Source: Felis catus
Lineage: Eukaryota
Reading direction: 5' to 3'
Assembly (NCBI RefSeq): GCF_018350175.1
Contig: NC_058383.1
Location: forward strand, 9,984,001 to 10,048,000
DNA: 64,000 bases
In this document: positions 1-12,009 of the stretch, one piece after another
How the letters are laid out: every line of letters begins with the position of its first letter
Numbering within the stretch: position 1 is the stretch's first letter
Notes under the pieces: model-generated
Told to the model about the DNA's origin: nothing
What the model saw: the letters and a program-made list of their open reading frames with translations, nothing else
The model's database searches: none
Translations under genes and position numbers: made by a program

Positions 1-270
1 CATGGTCTCATGCTCACGGCAGAGTGGGGTCTGGGCAGAAGGGATTCCAGAGCTGAAAAGTGCTGCTGTCCTGCCCCTTCGGGGAGAACAGCCCTCTTGA
101 CTGGGAGCTGGAGGGAAAAGGACTTCTCCGTTCTGGGCCGCCCCAGTCTGGAGTGGAATTATCATCTTGAGGAGCTAGAGGTGGGGCTGGGGGAGTCTTG
201 GTTCAAATCCCACAGACCCTCACTGTTCCTACCAACCCTCGGTAGATTTGAATAAACGTTTCTTCTTCGT

Positions 271-511
271 TTATTTTGTTTTGTTTTGTTTTGTTTTGTT
301 TTGTTTTGTTTTGCTTTGTTTTGTTTTGTTTTGTTTGAGAGAGGGGAGGTGCAAGTGAGTGAGGGGCAAAGACACAAAGAGAGAGGGAGAGAGAGAAGAG
401 AGGCTTACCCAAAGCAGGGCTCAAGCTCACCTGATGAGGGACTCATGAACCGTGAGATCGTGACCTGAGTCGAAGTCAGATGCTTAACACCTGAGCCCCC
501 CCGGGCGCCCC
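271..511 (-). mobile_element. Can-SINE with (TTTTG)n microsatellite tail
   Basis: Reverse tRNA-derived head ending gggcgcccc at 511; (TTTTG)n at 271-336. Confidence 0.9.
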
Positions 512-589
512 ATTTCTTCATTTGTTGTATGCCTTTAAGACCATTTCCAAAGGGTGCCTGAGTGCTGTGATGAGCACAGTCCCCCTCCC

Positions 590-682
590 ACCCCTGGCCG
601 ACAAGCAGCGTGAGGGAGAAATATTCCTTTGCTGTTTTAAGTCACTGCGAGTAGAGTTTTTGTTGCCACAGCAAATCTAGCT
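590..682 (+). mobile_element. MaLR (MLT1-like) LTR 3' fragment
   Basis: gtgagggagaaatattcctttgctgttttaagtcact...ttgttgccacagcaa resembles the MLT1 3' end. Confidence 0.55.
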
Positions 683-1069
683 TAGTGGTTCTCACGCTGG
701 AGCGCACATTGGAATTACCCAGAAGGCTTATTAAAATACAGAGTCCCGGGGCTCCTGGGCGGCTCAGTCAGTTGAGCAGTCTGACTCTTGGTTTCGGCCC
801 AGGTCATGATCTCCCAGGTTTCGTGAGACTGAGCCCTGCCTAGGGCTCCGCGCTGACTGTGCAGGGCCTGCTTGGGATTCTCTCCCTCTCCCTGACTCTG
901 CCCCTCCCCGACTCGAGCTCTCTTTCTCTCAAAACAAAACAGAACTTTAACATACGGAGCAGCTCTCCTCCTGAGTTTCTGATTCAGCAGCTCTGGGGTG
1001 GCGACAGAGAATTCCCATTTCTAGTTCCCACGGAAAAGTGATCCGGCCATCCCACTTTGAGAGCCACTG
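683..1069. mobile_element. MER5A-like hAT-Charlie DNA transposon, split by a Can-SINE
   Basis: Ends tagtggttctca...tgagagccactg (inverted termini); internal gagtttctgattcagcag-tctggggtgg typical of MER5A. Confidence 0.8.
748..950 (+). mobile_element. Can-SINE inserted in MER5A
   Basis: ggggctcctgggcggctcagtc head, CT-rich region, A-rich tail; imperfect target duplication ttaaaatacagag / ttaacatacggag. Confidence 0.9.
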
Positions 1070-1984
1070 CTGCACTGAAACGCAGGGGTAAATAACAGTC
1101 CGGTAGCCCTGACCTCACTCGAGAGTTGTAGTAATCATGGCGTTAACATCCGCAAGTCATTTAGACTGTGGCACACTGGTAGCCTCAGTGCTACTGTTAA
1201 TATGTCCCAAGGTTTTCTTAATATATTCTCAGGTGGTTCGATTTTAATACTATTTGGCCTTTTACTCCAATAACCCCGATGACTAGACTTCCCAGGATTT
1301 TCAGTTGTCTCTTTTTCTTCCTTCCGGATCCACATAGAGCTCCCGCCAATTTGCCAGGAAAGAGAGCCAGCCATCCAGGCAGGATTGTTAACTAGACCGC
1401 ATCACCTTACCTGCTTTCCCCTGGGCGGGGGGGGGGGGGGGAGCCGCTCCCCCAGTGCGCGGGGGAGGGGGGAGAGGGGGTCAGCCCTCTCCTCCCCCCG
1501 CACAAAGGGGCATGGGCTGTGTGACTGCGGTTCCCCTCGGTTCCCCTCAGGACTGGGCTTTGGGGAGGGGGCGGGTCTCCTTTTTTGGCAAAGCCGGTGC
1601 AAGGCCCCAAAACGGTGTTATCGGAGTAGTGCTGAGATTTCTTCCTGGCGGACAGATTGTGTAGAAGGAAAGACAGGCACCAAGCCGAGTCGGGGAGAAG
1701 GGGGGGTACCTGGCTTCGGCCGCTGCCTCCGTCTCCGTGCCTGAGGAATCGAGGAACCGAGGTTTGCTGCCCTTCAGGAGGCTGTGGCCCGAGAGGAAAA
1801 GGCAAGAGCCGTTCCCTTTGAATTCCTCAGAGGGAAAGATTGGTGGGGCTGTCGTAGTCTAAATGATGGCACTCCGCGATTTGGTGTCCCAGTACCGTGT
1901 CATAACCCTCCCAAGACTCCCGGGAGGGCCTCAGGTCAGGCACTGACAGTGAGGGTAGCCGACATTCTGTATCCCGTGCCATTA

Positions 1985-2170
1985 ACTCATTCAATCCCCC
2001 CCCCCCCCCGCAACAGCAAAGCCCGTACCTCCATTACCGTCAGTTCACAGCTGGAGAAACGGAAGCACCGAGAGGTTCGGCGTTTTGTCCAAGGTCACAC
2101 AGCTAGTGAAGAGAGCCAGACTTCGAACCCAGTTGGTTCTAAAGTCTCTGCTGTCAACTCTGCCACCGTC
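1985..2170 (-). mobile_element. MIR SINE remnant
   Basis: Core ttcacagctggagaaacggaagcaccgagaggt...ccaaggtcacacagctagt...ttcgaacccag. Confidence 0.7.
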
Positions 2171-4719
2171 ACACTATAAGACTCCCCAGAGGGCAAGCCC
2201 CATGCAGACAGGGACCTGTCCTGTCTCGCCTACGCCGGAGCCCCAGCCCTGGAAGACTGCCTTCCCTATAGGAGGTACCCCGTAACCATCTGTAGAATGA
2301 ACGAGCAAGTCCCCACTGTGATGCTGGTGGGCGGAGACTGCTGAATATGTGCTGAGTGTACAAAGGAGACTCAGAGAAGACTGACCCCTCCGAGATCTCC
2401 CAGGGCGTGGTGTGGCCAGAACCACTGCCCAAGGCTAATTAGATGAACGAAGTGCCTGCGAGTCTCTCCAAAGCAAGAACCTGGGGCAGGGTGAGGTTCT
2501 GCGGGCGGAGGCTGCCCCAGAGAGGCAGAGCCCAGTGAGTGGGCAGGGAGGGCACTGTGCCCGACGCTCATGTCCTAGCCATCACGAGAGACAGACACCG
2601 AAGGCTGCTGTGCAATAACACTGAGCTTGGACACAAGGAAGAATCTGGGGTTTTCCACCATGACCTAGACTGTGGGTGGTGGCCAGAGACCCAGGTTCAA
2701 ATCCCAGCTCCAGGGGTACTGCCGCCTGGGAAAGTCCACCCTGCAGGTGATTGTGAATAGCTCAAGCAGGCCCTTACCCACTTCGGCTCCTCCCAGACCT
2801 GGCCCGAGCGCTTCAGCCCCCAGGGAGCTGCCTCTCCCCAACCTCTCGCCAGGCGTGGATTTCCCAGAGAGAGGCCTGGACACTGGTGGGGTGTGATCTT
2901 GCCTCAAATAGGTCACTTTTCCAGCCGGTCACTTTTTCCCTGCTGCTGCTGACCCAGAGAGAACTGGCACATTGGCCTGCCCGAAGGGAGGAGGTGGAAG
3001 GGAGGGGGGCGAGGAGAGAGCCTGGACCCTGCCCAGTCTAGCACCTCCCAGAGCTCCAGCCCTGTGCCGGGGGCGGTGGCGGTGGGGGGGGGGGGGGTCG
3101 TGCACCAGGGGAGGCCTGGGCCGCCAGCAGAGACAGCAGGCCTAAGACCGTGGGGGCCTTGCTTAAAACGCACTTCTGGCCCCACTCCTGGGAGTCCAGG
3201 GCCCGGAACCTCCATTGCGAGGAGCTCCCCAGATTCCTCCGACGCAGGCCTCAGACGCCCTTTGGGGCTCCCTGGCAGAGGATCCCCACCCCAGCCCCAC
3301 CCCTGCTTCCAGGGCGCCTTAAGTTCCTCCTTTCCTCTCTGTGTTCCTGGTTGCCGGGGAGGCCCGGGTGGTGCAGCAGGCCCCTCACCGCACCCGACCC
3401 TCATTCCTCACCGACTACCCAGCTCTGACTCTTCCCCAACCTGACTCGGCCAAGGATGTGCACTGGCCCCTCTGCAGCCGACCCGAGCCAGCCCGAAAGT
3501 CAGCGGTCTCGGCCTGGGGGACAGAGCTGCGGCGGGGGACCCTCCCTGCACCCCCTCCTGTGGAGACCAGGGGCAGGCAGCAAGCCTGGTGCGTGGTGGG
3601 GAGGAGGAGGTGGAAACTCTGTCCGGATGGTCAAATGAGGCATGACCAGAGGGCGGGGCCTGGGGGTGGGGGGGCCTGGCCGGCCAGCTCTGTTCCATGC
3701 ACAAGCATGTGCAGGATGCCATGGGGCTATTTTTACTCCTGCCAAGGAAATAGCATGATTTATGTGAGGCCTGGTCCCCTTCAGGGCTATGTTATAAATA
3801 CACCTGGCCCCACACTCGTGTTTGCTTGGAGAGGAAGCTCGGGCCCTGTCCTGGGTGGCCTCCCTCCTGCCTCCCTCCCAGCCTCACTGGGTCGTGTCCA
3901 CGTGTGGCCTCCTCAGAATGCCCTCCCTCCTCCTGTGGTGGCTCAGCTCTCCTCGCTCATCAGGGCCTCACATGCTTTCAGGAGTGACAGCTGTCTGGGT
4001 GCTGGCTTTGATGAGGGAAAGAGGAGAGAGGCCTTGAATTTGGGGTTCACGCTGCCTCCAAGGGCCAGTCTGGGTAACAGGAAGGAGAGAGGGTTCCAGG
4101 CAAGAGGGAGGCAGGCCTGAGAAACACACGGCCCCTCCTTGAAGATGTGCCCCTCTGACCAGAGTCCCTTCCCGGAAAGTAGGAGGCCAGACAGAGAGGG
4201 TGCCTGAGGGGCCTTTCTGGGCCCCGACTGGTCCCTGCCCTGCTCCCTGCCTTCAGCTCCCAGAAGGGCAGGCAGTGCTTCATCATGGAAAAATCTAGTC
4301 TCGGGAGCACCGGCTGAGCTATTCCCTGATCAGCTCCGTGGTCTTAGGAAGTCCCGCAATTTCTTCTGAAATGGGCACAAAGATGCATACCTTCTAGATT
4401 GATGTTTGTGAGATTCAGCCCAGGCCAGAGGGACAGGGAGATATTCAGGGCAGGCAGCCTGCGTCTGACATCATTCTCATCCTCTGAGAAACCCTGGTCA
4501 TGGGGCGGGGGGCACAGGGGCCACACTGATCTGTGGACCCCACCTCTGCTCTGCCGGGAAGAAGGCAGGGAGGGCTGCTTCTCAGTGAGCTCCTGGGTCA
4601 CTCAGTTCCTTCGTGGTCATTCAGCGCAGCATCCAAACCTTTCACAGAAGGCCAGGATTAGTCCCGTCACAGATACTAAGAGCTACAAGGGGCCCCAGAG
4701 GTCACCTAAGAATGACAGT

Positions 4720-5000
4720 CGGCTATTGCCACAATAATGCTGTGTACCAAGCTGCTTGAAGACCCAGAAGCTTGAACCAACAAGCATTTATTTCTTGTTC
4801 ATTCTGCTGGGCGGCTGGACTTGGCTCCAAGTCGGGTCCAGGACTGGCTCCACACGTCCCTCAACCTCTGTGGACAAGGAGGGGCTGGCTGGGGCGTGTC
4901 ACGGCCGAGCCCAACCTAATGCTCCTGCCATGGAGGGGGGCGGTGGGGAAGGGAGTGACCATCGCTAACTGATAATCTCATGAACTAGCTTCCCGATCTG
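4720..5000 (-). mobile_element. MLT1-like LTR remnant
   Basis: gctattgccacaataatgctgtgtacc...aacaagcatttatttcttg...ggctccacacgtccctca matches a reverse MLT1 terminus. Confidence 0.55.
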
Positions 5001-6179
5001 CCCTGGACGATGAGACGGGATCATGGAGATGCTCTAGGGCAAGGGGCGGCAGAAGGGACAGATGTCGCAGAATCCCCCCCCCCCCCACGGCACCCCCCCC
5101 ACCTCAGCTCCATCCAGAGCCTTCCGGCTCCTGCTTCGTTGGTGGGAGGTGGAGGGAACTGCTTCGTTATTCATATGCTCTGCTCTTCTGCAGTTCTGAG
5201 CTACGTCCTGGGAAAGGCCATGCAAAGAGGAAGAGGAGACGGGGAGGATGTCTAGCATCCAACCACACAACTGTGCCATCTTGAAAAGGAATGAACTTAA
5301 TGCCAGCACCTTCCGCTGTAACTGACCAAGGTCCAGGCTTGGAGAACGACACTGGGCCATAGTGTTTATGATGAGAAAAACAATCCAGACAAGAAGAAGG
5401 AGGGCGGGGCGGGGACCCCCACTTCCTGCACCTGGGATTCGTGGGAAAGCAAGTGACGACATTGCATGTCCCCACCTGGGCTTCTGGATAAGTGGAGAGG
5501 GGAACCAGGGGCGGGGTTCTCTTGCCATTGGGACTGTGGAGGAAACCCCTTGGACTGAGCCACATCAAAGTGGACACGATGGCCAGCATGGTCAGGCAGG
5601 GGTAGCCTGGACACAGAGCTCTCCAAGGCCCCTCCGAGTGGGTCCTGCAGGACGAGTCCCAGGGTTAAAAGCCAGCCGTCAGCCACAGAGACATCTGTGG
5701 TGGCCACGGTGCCACCTCAGCTAAGGGTGGGAGGGGATGCAAGCCAGGCCCGGATCCTGGAGGCCGGCAGACCCCAGCAGGTGCCAGCACGGGCCCCAGG
5801 CCAGCGGAAGGCTGGCCCCTTCATCCCTCGCTCCCTCTGCATCCAGGCCACCCTCTCTGGGAGGGAAGAGGAGGGTGGAAGGGGTGGTTCTGAGAAAGAT
5901 GGGGTTTGTTTTCCTCTATGAAAGGCCACTAGAAGGGAGCCTCATCAGTCATCTGAGCAGACACACAGGATACCCCCTGCCCGTCCCCACACTAACACAG
6001 CCCTCACACTGCTGACGTCACTGCCCCCCAGAATAGGTCTGAGCGGTTCGCTCTCTTGCTTCACACTTGGGGCCAGCCCCTCGCCCGTGGGGCAGGGGTC
6101 CACCTTCCCCGCCTCTCTAGTCCCCCGACCCCACAGCTGGATCCAGCCATGCCAAAGGAGAGAGACAGAGACCTCTGGT

Positions 6180-6665
6180 TGTCCCTTGATACCTCCTTCC
6201 CCTTCTTCCGTGGCATTTGAACCCCTGAGTTTTAGCTGGATATGCAGCCACCCAGAATAATCTCTTGGCTGTCCTTGTGGCTAGGGTGGTTACAAACCAC
6301 GTGCTGGCCAACAGGTTATAAACTGTCACCTGTCAGCTTCTGAAAGCCTTCCTTCAGCACACTGGCATGTATATTCCCCCCCTTTTTTCTTCACCTCTTC
6401 CTCCATGCCGCTGCCTGGAATGTGGGTGTGATGGCCGGGACTCTAACTGCCATCTTGGGCCAAGAGGTCAAAACCTGCATTCCAGGGATGTGTGGTGAGC
6501 TGGAAAGAGCCTGGGTCCCTGAGGAATTCATGGAACTGAGCCACCAAGTTAGCGGTGACTGCCTCCCTCTGGACTTTCCCATGAGAAGGGAGGCGGGGAG
6601 GGTGGGGAGAGAAGCTTCTATGTTGTTGAAGTGGCTACTGCCTTTCTGTCGCTGTCACTAACAAA
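6180..6665 (+). mobile_element. MLT1 (MaLR) solo LTR remnant
   Basis: gctgcctggaatgtgggtgtgatggc...gccatcttg...ggaaagagcctgggtccctga...ctctggact, characteristic MLT1 blocks. Confidence 0.7.
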
Positions 6666-9600
6666 CACATGGAACTCACTGTTTCCAGAACAGGCCACAT
6701 TCTTTCAGCCCTCCAGGTCTTTGCACCTGCTCCCTTTTCCTGTCCCCACTGCCACCCAACAGCCCGAGAAACTCCCAGTTAGCTTTAAAAACTCACGCCA
6801 GACATCCTCTTCCCCGCAAAGAAACCTAAGACTACACTTATTTTAGGTGACTAATGAGCCGTTTCTTCTCGTTTTTCTTGCATTTTATTCTTAAACCCTC
6901 ACAGAGTTAGCTGCTTCCGGTTGTGGGGTCCCCCCCCCAACTCAGATTCACCCCAGGGTCAGCACCGTCTAGACTCCTGTCTCTCCAGCCCAGCAGCATG
7001 CTCCTCAGGGACTCTGTGTCTTTACCCTCCTGGTCCTTTGTGAAGTTCGATTCATCATGGGGTCTGGTGGGTTTATGCAGGGCGGGGGTGATTCTAAATC
7101 GCAATCCTGCCCTCTCCTGTCATTCCGTCCCCCTCGTGCCCGCCCCAGGCTGGCAAGGTGGTGAGGGTCAGCCGAGGCCAAGGGCAGGCAAGGTGGCCAC
7201 GTACCTGGACTGTGCCAAAAGCAGTGCTGGGCGGTGGGAGATCCGCTCTGTGGAGTGGAGGTGGGGGCCTCAGACCAGGGCTTCGGGTGATGTGCCCAGG
7301 TGTCCGGGCTGCGGACGGAAGGGAACAGGCGCGTCAGGAGAGTGTAGATTCCGCTGCCTAGAACCTTATCCGGCCTGGCCCGGACACACAGCCCGGGCAT
7401 TATTGCTTCAGCCATGGAGGGTCAGCTCGCCCCGGCTCTCCAGGGCACTGACTTACACGAGACCCTCTTTGTAGCCAACCTCGTTGCTAGCAGGGACGTT
7501 GACAGCGTGCTGGGCCCCTCCTGGGCAGAGCTCCCCTACCTCTTCCTCTCCTGGTGACCCTGCCGGGAGGACTGGTCCCCGCGCACACGGGGGAGAGGAG
7601 GGCCCAGCCACAGATGGTGGACACCCGGACCGGCCTCAGGGCCACACACCCTGAGAACAGACGGAGCCCCAGCTTCAGACTGAGCTCCACTAGTCTGAAC
7701 GTGTCCGCATGGGACCGGGCGGAAGTCAATATGTCAGAGAGAAAAATCCATCTGTCCCTAAAGGGTCTGTTGTCTGGTTATTACAGGGTAATTCGTTGGG
7801 CAAACGAACCACGTCCAATAAGGTGGTGTGATTACAACGAACGGAAGGGATTCAGGATATTCCCTGGACTGGCTGACGATGAACTGGGCGTTGGGAATCC
7901 AAGTATTCCCAGGTTTCTGAGCACAAACCCCTGGCTGGATGTGACGTCACCGGCTGCAGTGAGGACAAGAAGAGAGGTAGAGGGGCAGGTGGGGGTGAGG
8001 GAAAGACAAGAACCCTGTTCTAGTTGCTGTGTGCGTGGGCTGTCCTAGCAGAGACACATGCCAAGCACTCAGTTGGATGTCGGGACTCAGAGGGCAGGCT
8101 GGGTGGGAAATGGGAATTTGGCAGCCACCTCGTACAAATGAGAGAGGTCCTTGGGGGGTTGGGGGGGGGGCGGTGGTGGGGAAGGTGCTGCCCTGCCAGC
8201 ATTCCGAAGTAATGGGAAAGTTTGAGGCACACCCAGCACACGCAGGTCAAGGTCAGGGAACCAAATGCCTTTTCGGAGGACTCTGGAATGGAAGCTCCAT
8301 GTGGGCAGGGACCTTATCACTTGTCTGCTTCCCCCATCTCGGCCCTCCTGGGGAGACTTCCAGACCCGCAGGTGGAGCGGACCGTGTCTCGCGCACCCCA
8401 GGGGGCTCCCCATTGGCATCAGGCATGCTGTGCTGTGGGGTATATGTCTTTTAAGGGAACATAAGTGAAGGAAGGCAGGATTCGGGGCCTGAGGTTGTGG
8501 GAGCAAATGCGAAGGATCGGTTTCAGGAAGTAGGTGCCACCCGATGGGCCTTCTCTATGGGCACCAGGTGGGAGCAGGCAGAAGACGGGGTGGGGAGGAG
8601 TGCGAGGGGTTGCGTGCAGCCCCCACTCCCTGCTCTGTGTCCTTCTCATCCCCACAGCTCAAGGTGGGCTCAGCCTGCACGTGGGGGGGTGGGGGGGAAG
8701 CTGGGGGAGGCAGGGTCTGATCTTGCCACTCCCCTCACATCTGGACAAAAGAACCAGGACCACTGGGGCACGGGCCCTGAGTCTCCTTCCCCCCAATCCT
8801 GGGAGCTGTGACTTGTCCAGGTCAGGCAGCCCAGCGAGGGGCTTGCGGCCCTCCAGGCACCGCACCCCCACCCCCGCCAGCCCTTTCTGCAGCTGGAGGC
8901 CATTTCCTTCCCCAAGGACACAGCCCCCCGAGGTGGCACAGAGGGGACAGGAGCCCGGGGACAGCCATCCACTGCAGAGCTCTTTCCACACCTCCGCTGC
9001 CTGTCCCCTGCCTGGGAACCCCTGCTGGGGGTCCCTGGCTCCTTGCTTCCTCTCTGGGGGCAGCCCTGGGTGAGGGCAGGACCTGGGGAGCCTGGGAGGC
9101 CCGAATCTTCAGTGGGTCCTGTTCTCTCTGGGGCCAAAAAAATTCAGGGGTGGGGGCTCAGCCTTCTGTTCTGCCCCTGCGGCCACACAGCAACTACGGC
9201 CATGGGGTTGAGGTTGGGGGCGGAAAGAAAACCCCAACACCCCGCTTTCCACCCCAGGCCCCAACTTCTCTGTATTTGTTTATTTACCTTGGAAAAGGCC
9301 CCACGGCCCAGGCAGGAAATGGGCCAATTCCAGGAGGCTCGGCCGGGCTGGGGAACAAGGAGCCACATTGTGCTCCGTGCCCGGCTGCTCCCCACCCTGG
9401 GCCTGCCGCGGGAGCCCAGAGAGGGGGATCTGCGTGGGGGCCCGGCAGGAAGGAGGCGTGGGGCTCCAAGCCAGCCGTCCATGAAAGGGCTTCTGTGCGG
9501 GGGCGGGCCGGGGGCTGCCGTGTCCCCACCCCTCCTGGGAGCGGACGCAGCAAGGATGCGGGGCAGGGGGCCGCCCCTTGCTATGGCCTAGGGCCCTCCT

Positions 9601-10427
9601 GGCACCGACCTGCCAGGTCAGGCGAGACACCCAGGAGCCGCCTGGCCACGGCGCCCCCTCCCCTTCCCGAGCAGATGCCACCCCTCCGTGGTGGGGACGT
9701 CCTGCCCTTAGCCTCCCCTCCCTGGTCCCAATTCCTGCCAGGCAGCTGGCCCAACCTCAGGCCTCCCTGCGGAGAAGCCTGTAGGCTGGAGAGTCCTGTG
9801 GTCAGAGCCCTGCCCTGGCTGATGAGGGCCAAGCCGGTGTGGAGGTTGATGTCACCGTGGGGGCACTCGGGGAGGGCTGGCCCTTCCCCAGCTCTGGACT
9901 CTTCCCTACCAGCAGACTGTGTCCATGGGGGCTGATCGTTCATTCGTTCATTCACGTGGCTCCCTGTCTGTAGCCGCACACTCCCTTCCTCCCTATTCGT
10001 GCAGCCCTGACAGGCCACAGCCCCCTCCCCCAGGTCCCAGAGTGCCGGTCTGCGAATGGCACCCCATCTCTACGGTCTTCTGCAGAGGCTTCCTACTACT
10101 TTCTGGGTCAAGACACTCAGGGCCCTGCACACTCAGCCCCACCTGCCCTTAGGCCCCAGCACACCAATGATGGGATGTGGGGGGAGACAAGGGATGTGGG
10201 GGGACCTCCCCCACCAACACTCAGTGGGGCTTTTGCATGAACATGTCCTTCCATCTGGAAGAGAGTCTGAGGGGGCTCAGAATGGGGATAAAGACCTGGG
10301 ACAAGAAATGTGTACAGGAGTCACCTAGGACTGCCCCTCCCAGCTAAGTTACCACCCTCCACCCTGCCACTCGGGGCATGGCTCTGTGCCCCTACACCTG
10401 CAGGCCCTCACAGCCCCACATCACCCA

Positions 10428-10428
10428 G

Positions 10429-10475
<47 letters not shown>

Positions 10476-10487
10476 ACGCGCGTGTAC
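10428..10487. repeat. (TG)n microsatellite with CG/CA extension
   Basis: About 21 TG units followed by cgcacgcgcgtgtac. Confidence 0.95.
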
Positions 10488-11634
10488 CTATCTGCACTAA
10501 TCTCCGAATGGATCATCAGCCTTTCCGGCCGGGACTGGGTCTGTGTCCTCACTGTGTCCCCAGATGTGGGCCATAGCAGGTGCTCAGTAAATGTGTATGG
10601 GATGAAGCAAGCAGGAGAGGAAGGGAGGAACGAAGGAAGGAAAAGACCAGAATATAAAGAGAGATAATCTGCTTCCAGATGGGTGGGCTCGATATTGTAA
10701 AAGTGTGAGTTTCCCCAAATTAGTCTATAACTTCAATAAAGTAATCTCTAAATCCAATAGGACTACTTAAGGAAGTAGATGACACAGTTCTTCTAGAAGA
10801 GAAAGTGAGCAAGAAGGAGCCAAGATGATGATCCAGAGGAAAAAAGACGAGGACCTGCCCTTCTAGCTATTAAAGCAAATGACACGTTCGCAATCGTTCA
10901 AACCAACGAGTCCTGCGCAGCCGATGCTGGGGGCACGGACGTGTGTCCCACACCATTAGGAGCGGCTCTTCCTGTATGGACCCATCTGAACCTCAAGTTA
11001 ATCTCCTTTCACAGCTCCTGTCATTTCCAGGTAAGGAAACTGAGGAAACACCCCACGCAGTGGGTACTATTACTCATCCAGTCCAGCTAGAATGTTTTCA
11101 TGCTGTGTGAAATGCTGAGCCACGGTTACTCAGGGGGCAGACTGAGCTTTGAGAGGGCCCAAGACCCATCCAGTTAAAAAAAAAGTTGCAGAATGGTACC
11201 TACATCTTTGAAGGGGAACACAAGAAAACACCCGTTGTTCTGTATACATGTGCATGGAGGGAGGTGAGTGCATAGAAGTTTCCGGAAGGAAACAGAGTGA
11301 GTCCCACCATGTCAACCCTGTAGGGGGGAGAGGGATGGGGACTTTTGGATTTCCCTTCATATACTTCTCGTGCCTCTTTCCTTCTTCCGTGGGAAAACCT
11401 AACACACAGAAACGTGCCCCAAATGTAGGTGTTCGCACTGAAACTTGTTATCAGATGAGCACCTGTGTGACGCCACCCGGCCAAGAGAGGGACACTCACT
11501 GCCGGTCCCAGAGCCCCGTCCTGCCCTTCCCGAACGTAACCAACTCCCGGTCCCTGCATGACTGCCACATCTACTTGCCAATTATGATGTCACCTGCTTT
11601 GCATTTCTGTAACATTTATCAAAAATAGCAAACC

Positions 11635-11760
11635 GGGGCACCTGGGTGGCTCAGTCGGTTAAGCATCTGACTTCAGCTCAGGTCATGACCTTACGGTTCG
11701 TGGGTTCGAGCCCCACATCAAGCTCTGTGCTGGCAGCTCAGAGCCTGGAGCCTGCCTCAG

Positions 11761-11812
<52 letters not shown>

Positions 11813-11867
11813 CTCCCCTGTCTCTGTATCTCAAAAATGAATAAGTATTGAAAAAAAATTGTTTTAA
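11635..11867 (+). mobile_element. Felid-type Can-SINE with long (CT)n
   Basis: Head ggggcacctgggtggctcagtcggttaagc, cagctcagagcctggagcctgc, (CT)n at 11763-11809; target duplication aaatagcaa. Confidence 0.93.
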
Positions 11868-12009
11868 ATAGCAATCTAATTTACTTTTGCCTGTTTCCAG
11901 GCTTTGTCTAAACGAACAGTAGGTATTCTGCTGGCCCTGGCTTCTTTCAGCCTTACGATTTAAGATTCACCACGTTGGTGCACGTAGCTTGTATAAAGAC
12001 GCTAGTCTC

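Noticed and set aside
1406..1414. Consensus minus-strand donor CAG|GTAAGG beside a CpG-containing stretch, possible lncRNA exon
   Set aside because: A single 9-mer with no supportable acceptor or promoter; expected by chance in 64 kb.
6013..7949. Full CRE palindromes TGACGTCA at 6013-6020 and 7942-7949
   Set aside because: Isolated 8-mers far from any promoter; a third lies in coding exon 7. Not enough support alone.
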